A DNA stretch of 64,000 nucleotides, from assembly GCA_964234715.1 (NCBI GenBank), contig OZ174281.1; one strand, written 5' to 3'. The stretch's first letter is position 1. Every line of letters begins with the position of its first letter. The notes below the pieces were generated by a model that was given only the letters and a program-made list of their open reading frames with translations, was not told where the DNA came from and ran no database searches. Source of the stretch: Podarcis melisellensis. Its lineage: Eukaryota. Positions 12,293 to 24,066 of this stretch are shown here, one piece after another. The position numbers were made by a program, and so were the translations under genes.

Positions 12293-13785
12293 CTGTGGTT
12301 AAGAAAGTGAAATACCTGGGGATTAACATGACAACTAAAAATGGGAACTTATTTAAACATAATTATGAAAAATGTTGGACGGAAGTGAAAAAAGATTTAG
12401 AAATTTGGTCAAATTTGAAGCTTTCCTTGTTGGGTCGAATTGCAGCTATAAAGATGAATGTATTGCCTAGAATGTTGTTCCTGTTTCAAACATTGCAAAT
12501 TGTGGACAAGATGGACTGTTTCAAGAAGTGGCAGAAAGATATTTCTAGATTTGTCTGGCAGGGCAAGAAGCCCAGAATAAAATTTAAGATATTAACTGAT
12601 GTAAAGGAAAGGGGCGGATTTGCCCTGCCTGCCAGACTTTAAACTTTACTATGAATCAGCAGCATTCTGCTGGTTGAAAGACTGGCTGCTTCTTGAGAAC
12701 ACAGACATTTTGGATTTAGAAGGTTTTAACAATGTTTTTGGGTGGCATGCATATTTGTGGTATGACAAGGTTAAAGCACATAAAGCATTTAAAAACCATA
12801 TTGTCAGGAAAGCACTGTTTAATGTTTGGATAAGATATAAAGACCTATTGGAAAATGAAACCCCAAGGTAGTTGTCCCCAATGGAAGCGAAAGCTCAGAA
12901 AAAGCTCAATATGGAGGCCAAATGGCCGAAATATTGGGAAATTTTGGAACAAGAAGGAGATAGACTGAAACTGCAGAGTTTTGAGAAATTAAAAAACAAA
13001 GTGCGAGATTGGCTTCATTATTATCAGATAATGGAGGCATACAATTTGGACAAGAAAATTGGCTTCCAGGTGGAAAAAATCAAAATTAGAAACAGAGCTG
13101 TTAGAACCTAAAAATAAGATTTTGTCAAAGATGTATAACTTGCTGTTGAAATGGAACACTCAGGATGAAACGGTGAAATCTGCTATGATTAAATGGGCAC
13201 AAGATGTTGGACATAATATTATGTTTGCTGACTGGGAACAGTTATGGACCACAGGTATGAAGTTTACGGCATGTAATGCCTTAAGAGAGAATATTATGAA
13301 AATGATTTACAGGTGGTACATGACCTCAGTCAAGCTTGCAAAAATTTATCATTTGCCCGATAATAAATGTTGGAAATGCAAAGAAAATGAAGGTACATTC
13401 TTTCACCTTTGGTGGACGTGCCCAAGGATTAAGGCTTTCTGGGAAATGATTTATAATGAAATGAAAAAGGTATTTAAATATACCTTCCTGAAGAAACCGG
13501 AGGCCTTTCTCCTGGGCATGGTCGGCCAATTGGTGTCAAAGAAGGATAGAACTTTCTTTATGTATGCTACAACAGCAGCAAGAATACTCATTGCAAAGTA
13601 CTGGAAGACACAGGATCTACCCACTCTGGAAGAATGGCAGATGAAGGTGATGGACTATATGGGATTGGCAGAAATGACTGGCAGAATCCGAGACCAGGGA
13701 GAAGAGTCGGTGGAAGAAGATTGGAAGAAATTTAAAGACTATTTACAGAAATATTGCAAAATTAATGAATGTTAGAATGATGAAA
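12293..13785 (+). mobile_element. L1-clade LINE ORF2 fragment (end of RT to C-terminus) lacking 3'UTR and polyA
   Basis: VKYLGI...LSLLGRIAAIKMNVLPR...GGFALP...CWKC..EGTFFHLWWTC; frameshifts and one stop; no tail or TSD. Confidence 0.92.
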
Positions 13786-14245
13786 TAGAGCTTTCCAAGC
13801 ACATATTAATGCAACTCTTCTATAGTTAATATGACCCAGTGTATATGATATATATGAAAAGTCTGGAGAATTAGAGGGTACAATTTTAGGACTGCCTTTG
13901 TTTCTGATGCTATAGAAATCCTATATACTTTGGAGTTAATACAATTCAACTTGATATATTTTACTTCTAAATAATCATGCATAGCTTGTATGTGATCTCC
14001 TTGAGCCTACAACTGTTCTGATTTTTAATATCTCATCTCATCCTGGCCAGTCAATGAATAGTCCATTACTGCACATTAAGCAATGCAGTGCACCCTTCCT
14101 TTTTGACTGAGCCTACTTGCTTCTGAGTAAATGTACACAGGATCCAGTTGTTCGTTGCACATATTATATTAAAATCAAGAGAATTTCCTTGTAAGAAAAT
14201 TGAACTCAGTCCTGACATTCCAAACTGCAATCCACTTCTCTTTAG

Positions 14246-16940
14246 ATATGTATGGAATTGTCGATAAACAACAGAGGCTAGAATTAAGCCATAATTCTTT
14301 TGACTGAATCAGGGCTTCAGTTCTATTATTTTCCTGTCAAAGTGCCTTGATGAAAATGTAGTGCACTGACAATGCTGCCTTATCTCACCCTGATTTACAA
14401 ACTTTCTATTACACTGACAACAGTTGAACGCTGAACATGAAGCACACATACATTCCTGCGTCAGATGTTGTGGGTATTTTGCGCTATTAGCCTCTAATCT
14501 GGGGTCACAATGAATTTTCATTGGGATTGTTTTTCACAGCAAGCAGGTATCATTTTAAGGGACATGCAGTGTTCCCCTAAAGGGGGGGGGAACCCTACTT
14601 TGTGTTGCCTCCCACCTCCCTGCTTGACAAAACACGGCACCCATGGAGTGGGTGGGGATTTCATAGTGGTGCAGACTACAGTGGTACCTCGGGTTAAGTA
14701 CTTAATTTGTTCTGGAGGTCCATACTTAACCTGGAACTGTTCTTAACCTGAAGCACCACTTTAGCTAATGGGGCCTCCTGCTGCTGCCGCACCGCCGGAG
14801 CACAATTTCTGTTCTCATCCTGAAGCAAAGTTCTTAACCTGAAGCACTATTTCTGGGTTAGCGGAGTCTGTAACCTGAAGCGTATGTAACCCGAGGTATC
14901 ACTAGATTTCCAGCACACTGAAGCATTATAGCATCCTCACTTTCTCCCGTTAAGTGCTTTGCCAGAAGAAAGCAAGGATCACGCCAGGCAAGCACCACAT
15001 GTTCCACATGGTGTGTTTTTAAGTAATTGTTGCTACATTAGAGGAAGCAATCTGCTTTCAAAAGATGGGGGGGGATCACACTGCGGGGGCCTCCTTTATA
15101 GTAGCATTTGCTTCTAAATAAAGGAGGTGAACACTTTTACCTCTGCTTGTGAGCCCCCCCTCAGAGATAACTGAAACAAGGGCTCCCTTTTGCAGGAGAA
15201 AGGGAGAATGTACTTTTCAAGAAGATGCCCCCACGTTTCAGCTCAGCCATGCTCTAAATCCCAAATGCCTCTTTCCTTATGTATACGGATGCGCATTCTG
15301 CTGTCAGCACAAGGTACACTGTACCTTCTGCTTCATTCTAGTTGTTAGGAGATGTACAGAATATTATTTTCGAATAGACAGTAAAATTACTATTGGAAGG
15401 GGAAATCTAAGCTAATGAATTCAGGTTCTGGGTGAGATAATTACCAGGTATCTTATTTCATTTGCAGATGCAATAATCCCACTGTTTTTAATACATGAAT
15501 GGGGAATCTTTGCTGCTCCAGAGGCTGCTGAACTATTTATAATCCCCCACCATTGGCTGTGTTGGCCGGGGTTGATAGGAGCTGGAGTTCAATAACATCT
15601 GAAGAACCAATGGTTCCCCAGCTCTGTTTTAATGACAAACCCAACTCCCTCTGGTTGTGATCTCTTCCCGTTCATTGATGTCAGTTGTGCAGAAGAGGTG
15701 GACTGACTTGAACAGGGAATGTGCGGCAATGTGATCCATTGGCCAGATGGGATGTTTGCCTGTGACCCTTGCTTGGAGGAGTTGCCAAGAAGCCAGCTGC
15801 TAGGCATCGCCAGCCCTGCTTTCTTGTCATTTTAGCAGGAGCTCCTCATTAGGAGCAGTTAAAGTGAAGCAGTGGTGCAAACTGCGGGCTGGAAGGAAAT
15901 TAGTGAGTACAGTAGTATTCAAATGAAAGTGAGGAGGGGGAGATGGGGATAGTTTGCAAGGAGGAAGAGTGGAGAATTCTAGGCTGGTGCCTGAATTCCT
16001 GGAATCAATCCGTGAGAGATGAAATGTTGATTTTGCAGCCATCCTATGTCTGGAGAGCCCTTCTTCTTTGAGAGGTAATCTAATGCCATTGTGAGCAAAA
16101 AGAACAAGAGACAGCAAGGCAGTATTGATCTTCCCTTCTCACTACTATAATTAGATGTCGGCTTATTGCTGCAGTTGAAGCTTCCCCCTTGCTCCACCCC
16201 GTCTTTTCCATTTCCTCTTCCCTTTCTCAGATTCTGACAAATAACTGGAATTCTGTTTTCTGCTTTGGCTAAACAGAAAATATCTAGAGGGTCTTGCGAA
16301 AATAAATTGTGTGCTTCAACCCAGCCTTCCATTTGTTACACTTAGAAGGTGAAAATTAAAAAGTAGTGATCAAAGAAGCACTCGGGATGGATAGTTCATC
16401 CCTCGGGTTTAAAAGCACTTGATTAAGCAAAGCAGATCTCTGGAAATAACTGTTTCAGAAGAGTAGAACATGTACAACAACAAGGCTGAAATCCTATATC
16501 TTTACCTGGGAGCAAGGCCTATCAAACTGAGCAGGACTTGCTTCTGAATAGAAATACATAGGATTCCACTGTAAATATAGAAATTGGAACAGAAGAAGAG
16601 TTTATGCCCTCACTTTCCCTCACAAAGCACAGGTCTTTAATCTATAAATAACCAGCTCTTCCTTATCTTTTCTTCTTGAATAACTAAAAATCATTCCGCT
16701 CAGCTTGTTTTGATTACTTTGGTAGGTAGATAAATTAAGCAATTCAGCTGTTTGCGAGTTAGAGCCTGCCAGGTTATGCTCTGCTGCCATATTTTTTAAT
16801 AAGGTTATAAACTGGAATCTTCAAATCCTGATTGGTGTGGACTGCAACCGCTATAAATAATGGATACTAAAACCATACAACTGTTAGTGATATGTGGAAA
16901 CTTGAATTCAGAGTGCCCAGTTTACAACACTTCATCATCT
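14246..16940 (+). pseudogene. Pseudo-exons 14246-14473, 14955-15022, 15342-15431, ~15684-16074, 16748-16940
   Basis: DMYGIVDKQQRLELSHNSFD*IRASVLLFSC...; VLCQKKARITPGKHHMFHMVCF*; LLGDVQNIIFE*TVKLLLEGEI*ANEFRFW|gtgaga; AVCELEPARLCSAAIFFNKVINWNLQILIG...|gtatgt. Phases are consistent for the exactly bounded exons. Confidence 0.7.
14679..14904. mobile_element. Tc1/mariner-type MITE (CAGTGGTACCTC family)
   Basis: TIRs and TA flank; homologous to the 3143 and 18941 copies. Confidence 0.85.
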
Positions 16941-17678
16941 GTATGTTATCTGATATTTTTTCAAAGCCAAAATCATAATAATTAGGATTTTCTGGATGGG
17001 AGTTCATTAGGAAATTGATGCTGCTCATGCACACAAGTTATTGTGTGTGTTTGTGTGTGTTGCTTTTTTTTGCAGCTTGTGCACATTGTCACTATGAAAA
17101 TGCTAGTCATTATAATAACATGGATTTCCCTTACTGCAATAACCAAATATAAAAACAACCCATTATAACCTGCATTCACTGCTAACCTGGAAGCTTGCTA
17201 GTGCATTGTGTGTGGGGGTAGTTTGTGGGTGGCTTGCATGGTGATGCCTTCGGTGGGTGGTCTCTCTCATCTCATCTGTGCTTCTGTTTACTTGTCACTT
17301 GAGCACATTCTTGAGCCCCCTCAAGCAGAAGTCTCCAATTTGCCCATTATGAAACATAACTAGGACTGGTAACTTTGCCCCTTCACACCATCCTTGGCCC
17401 GTGTGCACAGATACAGAAATACCTGTATACCTGCTCAGAAGAGAAAAGGGTAGAGGACGGCAGGGGAGAATAACTGAAGGGAGCCCTCCTCCCCCTCCAA
17501 TCCTGGATACATTAGGTAAAGATCCCCTGCGCTGCTGTTGATGAAATTCAGAAGAATAGCAATAATGGGTATTTGTGGCTGAAAAAAATGGAAGCTAAGA
17601 AAGGAATGTGTGGAAGCTAATGTGTCAAACCTGCACAGAGAAAAATCGCACCTGAACAACCTATTAGAAATACAACAC

Positions 17679-17973
17679 CAGAGCCGTCTTACCCATAGGT
17701 GCTAGGGGTGTGGGGCACCTGGGTGCTGGGCTCTCAGGGACGCAAGGCCAAGAGTCTGAGGCCCGAAAGTTGAATCTGGGGAAGAGCCCACCAGTTGGTT
17801 GGAGCGCCGAGGTGGGCTCTACTGCTGCAGGCAGCTCTGCACCACAAGTTCAGGGGTGACCAAGCCAGTGAGACGCTGAGGTGGCCAGCCAACTCTGCCC
17901 TCCTGTGCACCTGGGGGGGGGGCGCCAGGTCGATCTTTGCACCCCGGCACCGCATATGCTTAAGACAGCCCTG
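17679..17973. mobile_element. hAT MITE (CAGGGCCGTCTT family)
   Basis: TIRs cagagccgtctta / taagacagccctg; degenerate 8-bp TSD tacaacac / taaagcac. Confidence 0.8.
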
Positions 17974-18122
17974 TAAAGCACACTAATATCAAAGCACCTT
18001 TAGATGCAAAACTGGTCAATTACTGTTACCACTAAAATGGCATCCTCTGGACTGGCAGGTTGCTGGCTGGGTAGAAGGAAGACATGCACAATCACCCTCA
18101 CCCAGATTAGGAGAAAATGATA

Positions 18123-18403
18123 CTGTATTGGCCCGAATATAAGCCACACCTGAATATAAGCCACACCTGAATATAAGCCGCATCTTTAAAATTCAACGGT
18201 AGGCCCCATTAGCTAAAGTGGTGCTTCAGGTTAAGAACAGTTTCAGGTTAAGAACGGACCTCCGGAACGAATTAAGTACTTAACTCGAGGTACCACTGTA
18301 TTGTAAAAGCCAGTTTTTGTAAGGTTGCAAATTTAAGCCACACTTTAGCTTTTCACAGTTAGAATTTGGAAAAAAGGTGAGGTTTATATTCAGGCCAATA
18401 CGG
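18123..18403. mobile_element. pogo-type MITE containing a half Tc1/mariner MITE (~18201-18298)
   Basis: TIRs ctgtattggcccgaatataa / ttatattcaggccaatacgg; internal segment matches the CAGTGGTACCTC family end. Confidence 0.75.
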
Positions 18404-18940
18404 TGTATATTACAGCTACATTCTTACAAGCACAGTGTCGAGACTATAGCTTTCATGCAGCTGCATGAGGTGCAAAAAATGCTGCCTTCTTTACCCCTTC
18501 CTCCCCCAGAGTATCTCCACCATCTGCCACAGTGGATTTCAGCTTTAAAGCAGCAGGAGCTCTTTCCTACCTTCTGGTTTCCAGACCCTGAATTTAGCCA
18601 AGTACAGAAACCTGGATGATACCAAAATGTATTTTAAAAAGTCAGGTATTGGTTTTTGTGTGTGTTTATGATTCAGTGATGATGCCCTTAAATTCCTTGT
18701 TAAGATCTTGTTCCAGACAGGATTCCAGAGAGACTATTATGTAAAGGATAAGTTTTGGAGGAAATTAAGTCTGCTTTTGGCTAAGGTTCAGGATAAGAGA
18801 GGGGTAGTCACATGACCTATGTACACAAATTCAACTTTTGCCTCTAGTCAATAGGCCACCTGGGTTTTTGCATTGTTTTGGAAACCCCGTAAAACTTATT
18901 TGCCTAGTTGTGATGCTGGGAGAAAAATTATACATAAGTA

Positions 18941-19182
18941 CAGTGGTACCTCAGGTTAAGTACTTAATTTGTCCCGGAGGTTCGTACTTAACCTGAAACT
19001 GTTCTTAACCTGAAGCACCACTTTAGCTAATGGGGCCTCCTGCTGCTGCCGCGCTGCCGGAGCATGATTTCTGTTCTCATCCTGAAGCAAAGTTTTTAAC
19101 CTGAAGCACTATTTCTGGGTTAGCGGAGTGTGTAACCTGAAGTGTATGTAACCTGAAGCGTATGTAACCTGAGGTACCACTG
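18941..19182. mobile_element. Tc1/mariner-type MITE (CAGTGGTACCTC family)
   Basis: TA|cagtggtacctcaggtta ... taacctgaggtaccactg|TA. Confidence 0.9.
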
Positions 19183-21627
19183 TAATGTTTATCTTAAATC
19201 ATCTTCAGGTCTTTTTATATACCTTCAACAGAAAACTTACAATAGCATCAAAAAACATCTTTGCCCATAAAGTCTAGGAACTATATAATTAAATTTCCAA
19301 CAAAGGATATTTTACTTTTCAGATTCCAATTTACATTGTATTGCTTAACAGCATGTAGCAAACAGTAGAACTAAATGATCCATTTTTCCACAGTTTTTCA
19401 TAATGAACACACTTGAGCCTCAGGGGTTTTAATTTTTTGTTTTGTTTAAATTTTAGTTGCCCCTGGTACAAACCATTAAGCACTCCTTGGAAATAAGCAC
19501 CAGCAAAATGAGTTGCAGGGAGTTGAAGGTAGGTGGATTGAGCCAATTGAAGGCACCATCTCAGCTGAAGCTGCTCTATAAAATAACATATATGAGCACA
19601 ATCACTCAGAATTTTATATCATTCTCATATGGTAGAGTAAGTAGGAGATTATTCACCACTCGAAACAGCAATGCATGTAATCTTGAAGGGAAATTTCACT
19701 CTTCCCTAATCATATCTTGAATCTTCAAGGGGGAAAATGGTTTTGCAGATTGCTGACATATCTCAATCAGCATGTGACATTTTAGAAGCTATATACTTTG
19801 CATAACTCAAAAGTAGATGCAGGCCAGCTAGGACTGTTAAAGCACTTCTGCAGAATAAATACATCAGAGGAATGGAGTAGACGCAGTAGACGAAAATGTC
19901 TTGCCAATCTGATACTCAGACTGGTGCCACAATTGAACTTTCAGACAGTTTTGTTACTTGACTTGTTATGCGTTCCTGAATGCATTAATGGTACCAGATG
20001 GAGGGCAGGGGGCAAGTGTCCTTCTAAACAAGGAGCTTGCCCCCCCACCCCCTACTTGCTTCCCATTATTAACATTAAACTGTTATTTATCTTTCCGAGA
20101 TCTTAACATGCGGGACACAACTTTCCCATCTTTGCCCTTTCTGCCCACCACTATTGTGTGTGTGGTGTCACCACTGCCTGAATGTCACAGGTTTTCAAAG
20201 TGGCAATAATGAGAACAGACACAATCAGCACATGCAATTCCCCCCAATTACTTCACAAGTATCCTTAAAACATTACCAATATGATACAACATAACATAGA
20301 ATATGCAGCGATAAAGAGATTTTCATCTTACAAAAACGTCTGGATTCTTTACTGAAATCCTGTACACACTTATGTACATTTATAACAACATTTCTGTCTC
20401 CCCTTTCTCTGCCATTAAGATGCAAAATGGCTAACAAAGAAAACAGGGGCAATAAGTTTCATTAAATTCAGTGGAACTTTCTTTGAAGTAAACATGGATA
20501 GGATCAGGCTGCTCATATTACCAAGTTTCATTAATTGCTACTCTTGGAGAATGGATTGGGGCAAGGGATGAGTTCAGCATATTACGAGACCTTATTCAAA
20601 TAATTATTCATATTGGTTATATTCCAAAAAGCATTGTGATCTGAAGTCCTCAGGAATTTCAAGTCAATGCTGAACCAAGTCAACTTTATACAGAACAACC
20701 CCCTACCTCTGCTGGATGTTATCAACTCTTTACACGACCAATGGCACATCAACATTTCCCCCTTGAACAGCCTGCCTCAGTGCAATTGCTTGGGTATACA
20801 GTTATAAACAAGAAAATTCTTTGGGCATAGTTTTGCTCTGAAAAATCTTAAGCTACATTTCATGCCTTACACAGCAGCTGCCATCTGTAGAGCAACAAAG
20901 AAATGCAGATATATTTTGTGCTATGGTTTGTAAAAGCTAGAAAAAAAGAAAATGAGCATTTAGAATTAATGCAACAAAGCGCATAGCAGCTAAAATTAAT
21001 TGGCTGTGGTCTAGAGAATTTTTGATCACTCCTGGACCGCAAAATTAATAGGATTAAAATTATAGTAACCTAAAGGAATGTATGGCAAGGATAGGAAAGG
21101 CTACTGCACCAGTAATCTTTATCCACCAGCAACAATATACACCAAAAATATCACCTATTTTGGAAGGGAAAAAATACTGCTAATGTGAAGTGGGCCTTTA
21201 CAAAATGTTACGGTAGGAGTACCTACTCTGATATAAACCACCTCAGGCTCTATGATTCCCAGAAGAGGCCCTTGGTGGTGCCACTACTTGGCACTACCCA
21301 GTTAGCATTGACCAGTGACAGGGCCTTCTAAGTGGCAGTTCCCTGTTTGTGGGATGCCCTCCCTGGTGAGTTGTGCAGGGGAAAGAAAAGCATGCATTTC
21401 AGGGACAAATTTAGAAGCAAGAAGGTTGGCTTTCATAAAACTGAAAATGTTATTGCATCCAACTAGTTAGGATCAAATAATAAGATTGTTAACTGCCCCA
21501 AAAATATCTTTAAGCCCACCCGCCCTTATTCTGATAAAATGTTCACATGTATTCAAGAATATTCTCAGTTAAACTGGAAAAAACAAGTATACCACCTCAA
21601 GTGGTTTGTTGATTAGTGCACTTTCAG

Positions 21628-22126
21628 AATATTCAAAACCGAAACATTTCTTTGATTTCATAATGTATTGTTGCATGCTGCCCAAATCTCTCAGCAGTGC
21701 GAGATTTCAGGAGTTCCAGGCATTTACCCAGGATCCATGTTTCCTTTTGGAAATGAGGCACAGCAGAGACTGTGGTGTCTTTATGATATATGGTTTATTT
21801 ACATACATATACAGTATAACCTAAGCCTACAATGGAGGGGCTCACAGCATTAATTAAAAGGGCCTCATACCCACAGCCTTGGATTCAAACAGACATGAAA
21901 CACTGTGCTCTCTCTCTATCTTTTCCAGCCTGCAACCTCTCCTCCCCCCACCCCCACCAGCCCAGGTCACATCACAGCCAACTCTCAACTCTGGATTTTG
22001 TTCTTCCAATTATCTCAGAGCTGGAGGAGGGGCTCCACTCAGTTGCTGACTGGCTCAGAGCCTCCTCTCCTTGGCTTTCTTAATGGCCCATCTTGCAGGC
22101 AATCTTCTGAACAAGAAAAGCTGAGT
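21628..22126 (+). pseudogene. Pseudo-exons 21628-21774 and 21929-~22126
   Basis: Open 147-bp phase 1-1 exon EYSKPKHFFDFIMYCCMLPKSLSSARFQEFQAFTQDPCFLLEMRHSRDC. Then a strong acceptor (ctctatcttttccag) and ...LDFVLPIISELEEGLHSVADWLR. Confidence 0.55.
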
Positions 22127-23364
22127 GTAGGGATTAGGTGTCTCGCATCTAGTTTAACTCCCCAAGCCTTGATTAAATTCAAATACCTACTGCAGCAAGG
22201 AATTTAGAGGAGTCTGGCACCCGCAAACCCATAACGCTATAAAATTTTGACTTAATATTTTCTTATGATGGGATAGAAATAACAATTCACCCTTGTACTA
22301 AAACAGATTGGTGGAAAAGGCAGTGACTGCAATACTTGAGCTTTCCAACTGGCATTCATATGAAAATGATATTTCGTTTGTTTGGAGGCAGCAGTGTCAG
22401 CGCCTCTCGATATAATTCATTGTGTATTGTTGGCAACAATAACACTGAACTGGTACTTGGAGGCGGCTGCTTATGGTTTCCCTTTATAAATAACCAAGAT
22501 CTGAGAGAATTGTGGCATTAGAAGCAAACTACGGTACATCCATCTCCTTCGAGCTTCAGACATTCAAGGGAATCATGAGGCAAATGCAATATGTCCTGAG
22601 TGGTTGTAAAATTGTGTGTGAGAATCCCTAAGTGAAATCTGGGAGGACCTGGGAGTGGTGATTAGGGTACCCTGAGTGAGAGATAGTGGGGGGTGAGAAG
22701 AAGAATTCTAAATACTTTCCAGACCAGGAGATGTTGATTCTCTTAAATGTCTGAAGTCTGAAAGGAGATGGATGCAGCTCGCTTTTAACTCTCAGAGTAC
22801 CATTCAAATGTTATTGTTGTCAACATTACACAAGGCACTAAGGAGCATTTGTGTGGTATGTGCATATGTGTGTTAGTCGGTTGTGAGGTTACAGTGTATG
22901 TGGCTCTGTGGTGGCTGTCTCCATTTGTCATCAATCCAACACATAGAGCAGGTCACCCCCTCAATTTGGTATCTGGCTTGGGATGTGAAAGAGGTAGTTT
23001 GGAAATAGTTAAAATATCTCCACTGTCATGGTCAGACACCTGATGAAGTTTGAAATTGCAGTGGGTTTCCCCCCCTGCAGGGGTGGTGGTCTGATTCTAT
23101 CTTCAACTGTTCAATGGTGGACTCCCTCTCCAAGAAGATTCAGCAGGTGATGTTTCTTTCCTGTATTTTCAACTCTGTTGTTGTTTAGTCGTGTCTGACT
23201 CTTTGTGACCTCATGGACCAGAGCATGCCAGGCTTTCAACTCTAATGCTCTTTTAGTATGTTGTGAGCTGTTCTATCTTAGCTTGATTTTTTGTTATTTG
23301 TATCTTGCTTTTGTAAAGGGCTCTGGAAGCTTGGCTGGAGGATGGTATTTAAATATTTTAAATA

Positions 23365-23717
23365 CCGTGTTTTTTGCACCATAACACTCACTTTTTTCCT
23401 CCTAGAAAGTAAGAGGAAATGTCTGTGCATGTTATGGAGCAAATGCCTGTGGGTGGCGGGGGGATCTGCTGCAGAGGATCCATGGTTCCCCTTCCTTCCC
23501 TCCTCCGTGGTTACAAAGCATGGATCCACATGGATCCTCAGGATTTTTGCATTGGACTACTCCAAACTCACTGTCAGATCACATGCCTGTGGCCACAGCA
23601 TGAACCACAAAAATCATATATCCACTATTTTGTTTAGAATTTTTTTTTCTTGTTTTCCTCCTCTAAAAACTACATGCGTGTTATAGTCTGGTGTGTGTTA
23701 TAGAGCGAAAAATACGG
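23365..23717. mobile_element. pogo/Tigger-type MITE
   Basis: TA|ccgtgttttttgcaccataac ... gttatagagcgaaaaatacgg|TA; related to 950-1208. Confidence 0.75.
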
Positions 23718-24066
23718 TAAATGTTATCAATGCATGATTTTTTTTTCCAGGCAAGAGTGCTGCATGATCCTTGTACTTGCTGTCTTTTAAGCTAAAATGC
23801 ATCACATTGTACAAGCTTCATCTGTCGTATTAGGCTTGCTTTCATTAAATCTGAACTTTTTCCAGAGCTTATTTCATTAGTTTCCTGGCATCGAAGCCCA
23901 AGCAGACATTCTGAAATGACAAATAAAATAATTCAGGTATTTAATGGCTTGTCACTTGTGAAAAAAGAGAGGAAATGCGGGCAGCAATGGATTTGCATGG
24001 TGGCCATTCAAAAAGAAGTCCTTCTTATTACCATAGCTTCCCACACTACGTGGAAACTAATTAAAG

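Larger units (their letters stand above)
17516..19990 (+). pseudogene. Pseudo-exons 17516-18058 (MITE-interrupted), 18585-18645, 18705-18785, ~19323-19425, 19749-19990
   Basis: RSPALLLMKFRRIAIMG...LLEIQH[MITE]TNIKAPLDAKLVNYCYH*NGILWTG; ILFQTGFQRDYYVKDKFWRKLSLLLAK (open); LLTYLNQHVTF*KLYTLH...CLANLILRLVPQLNFQTVLLLDLLCVPECIN. Confidence 0.7.

Noticed and set aside
18129-18180. Short tandem direct repeats resembling a CRISPR array
   Set aside because: Eukaryotic context with no unique spacers; these are subterminal repeats of a MITE.
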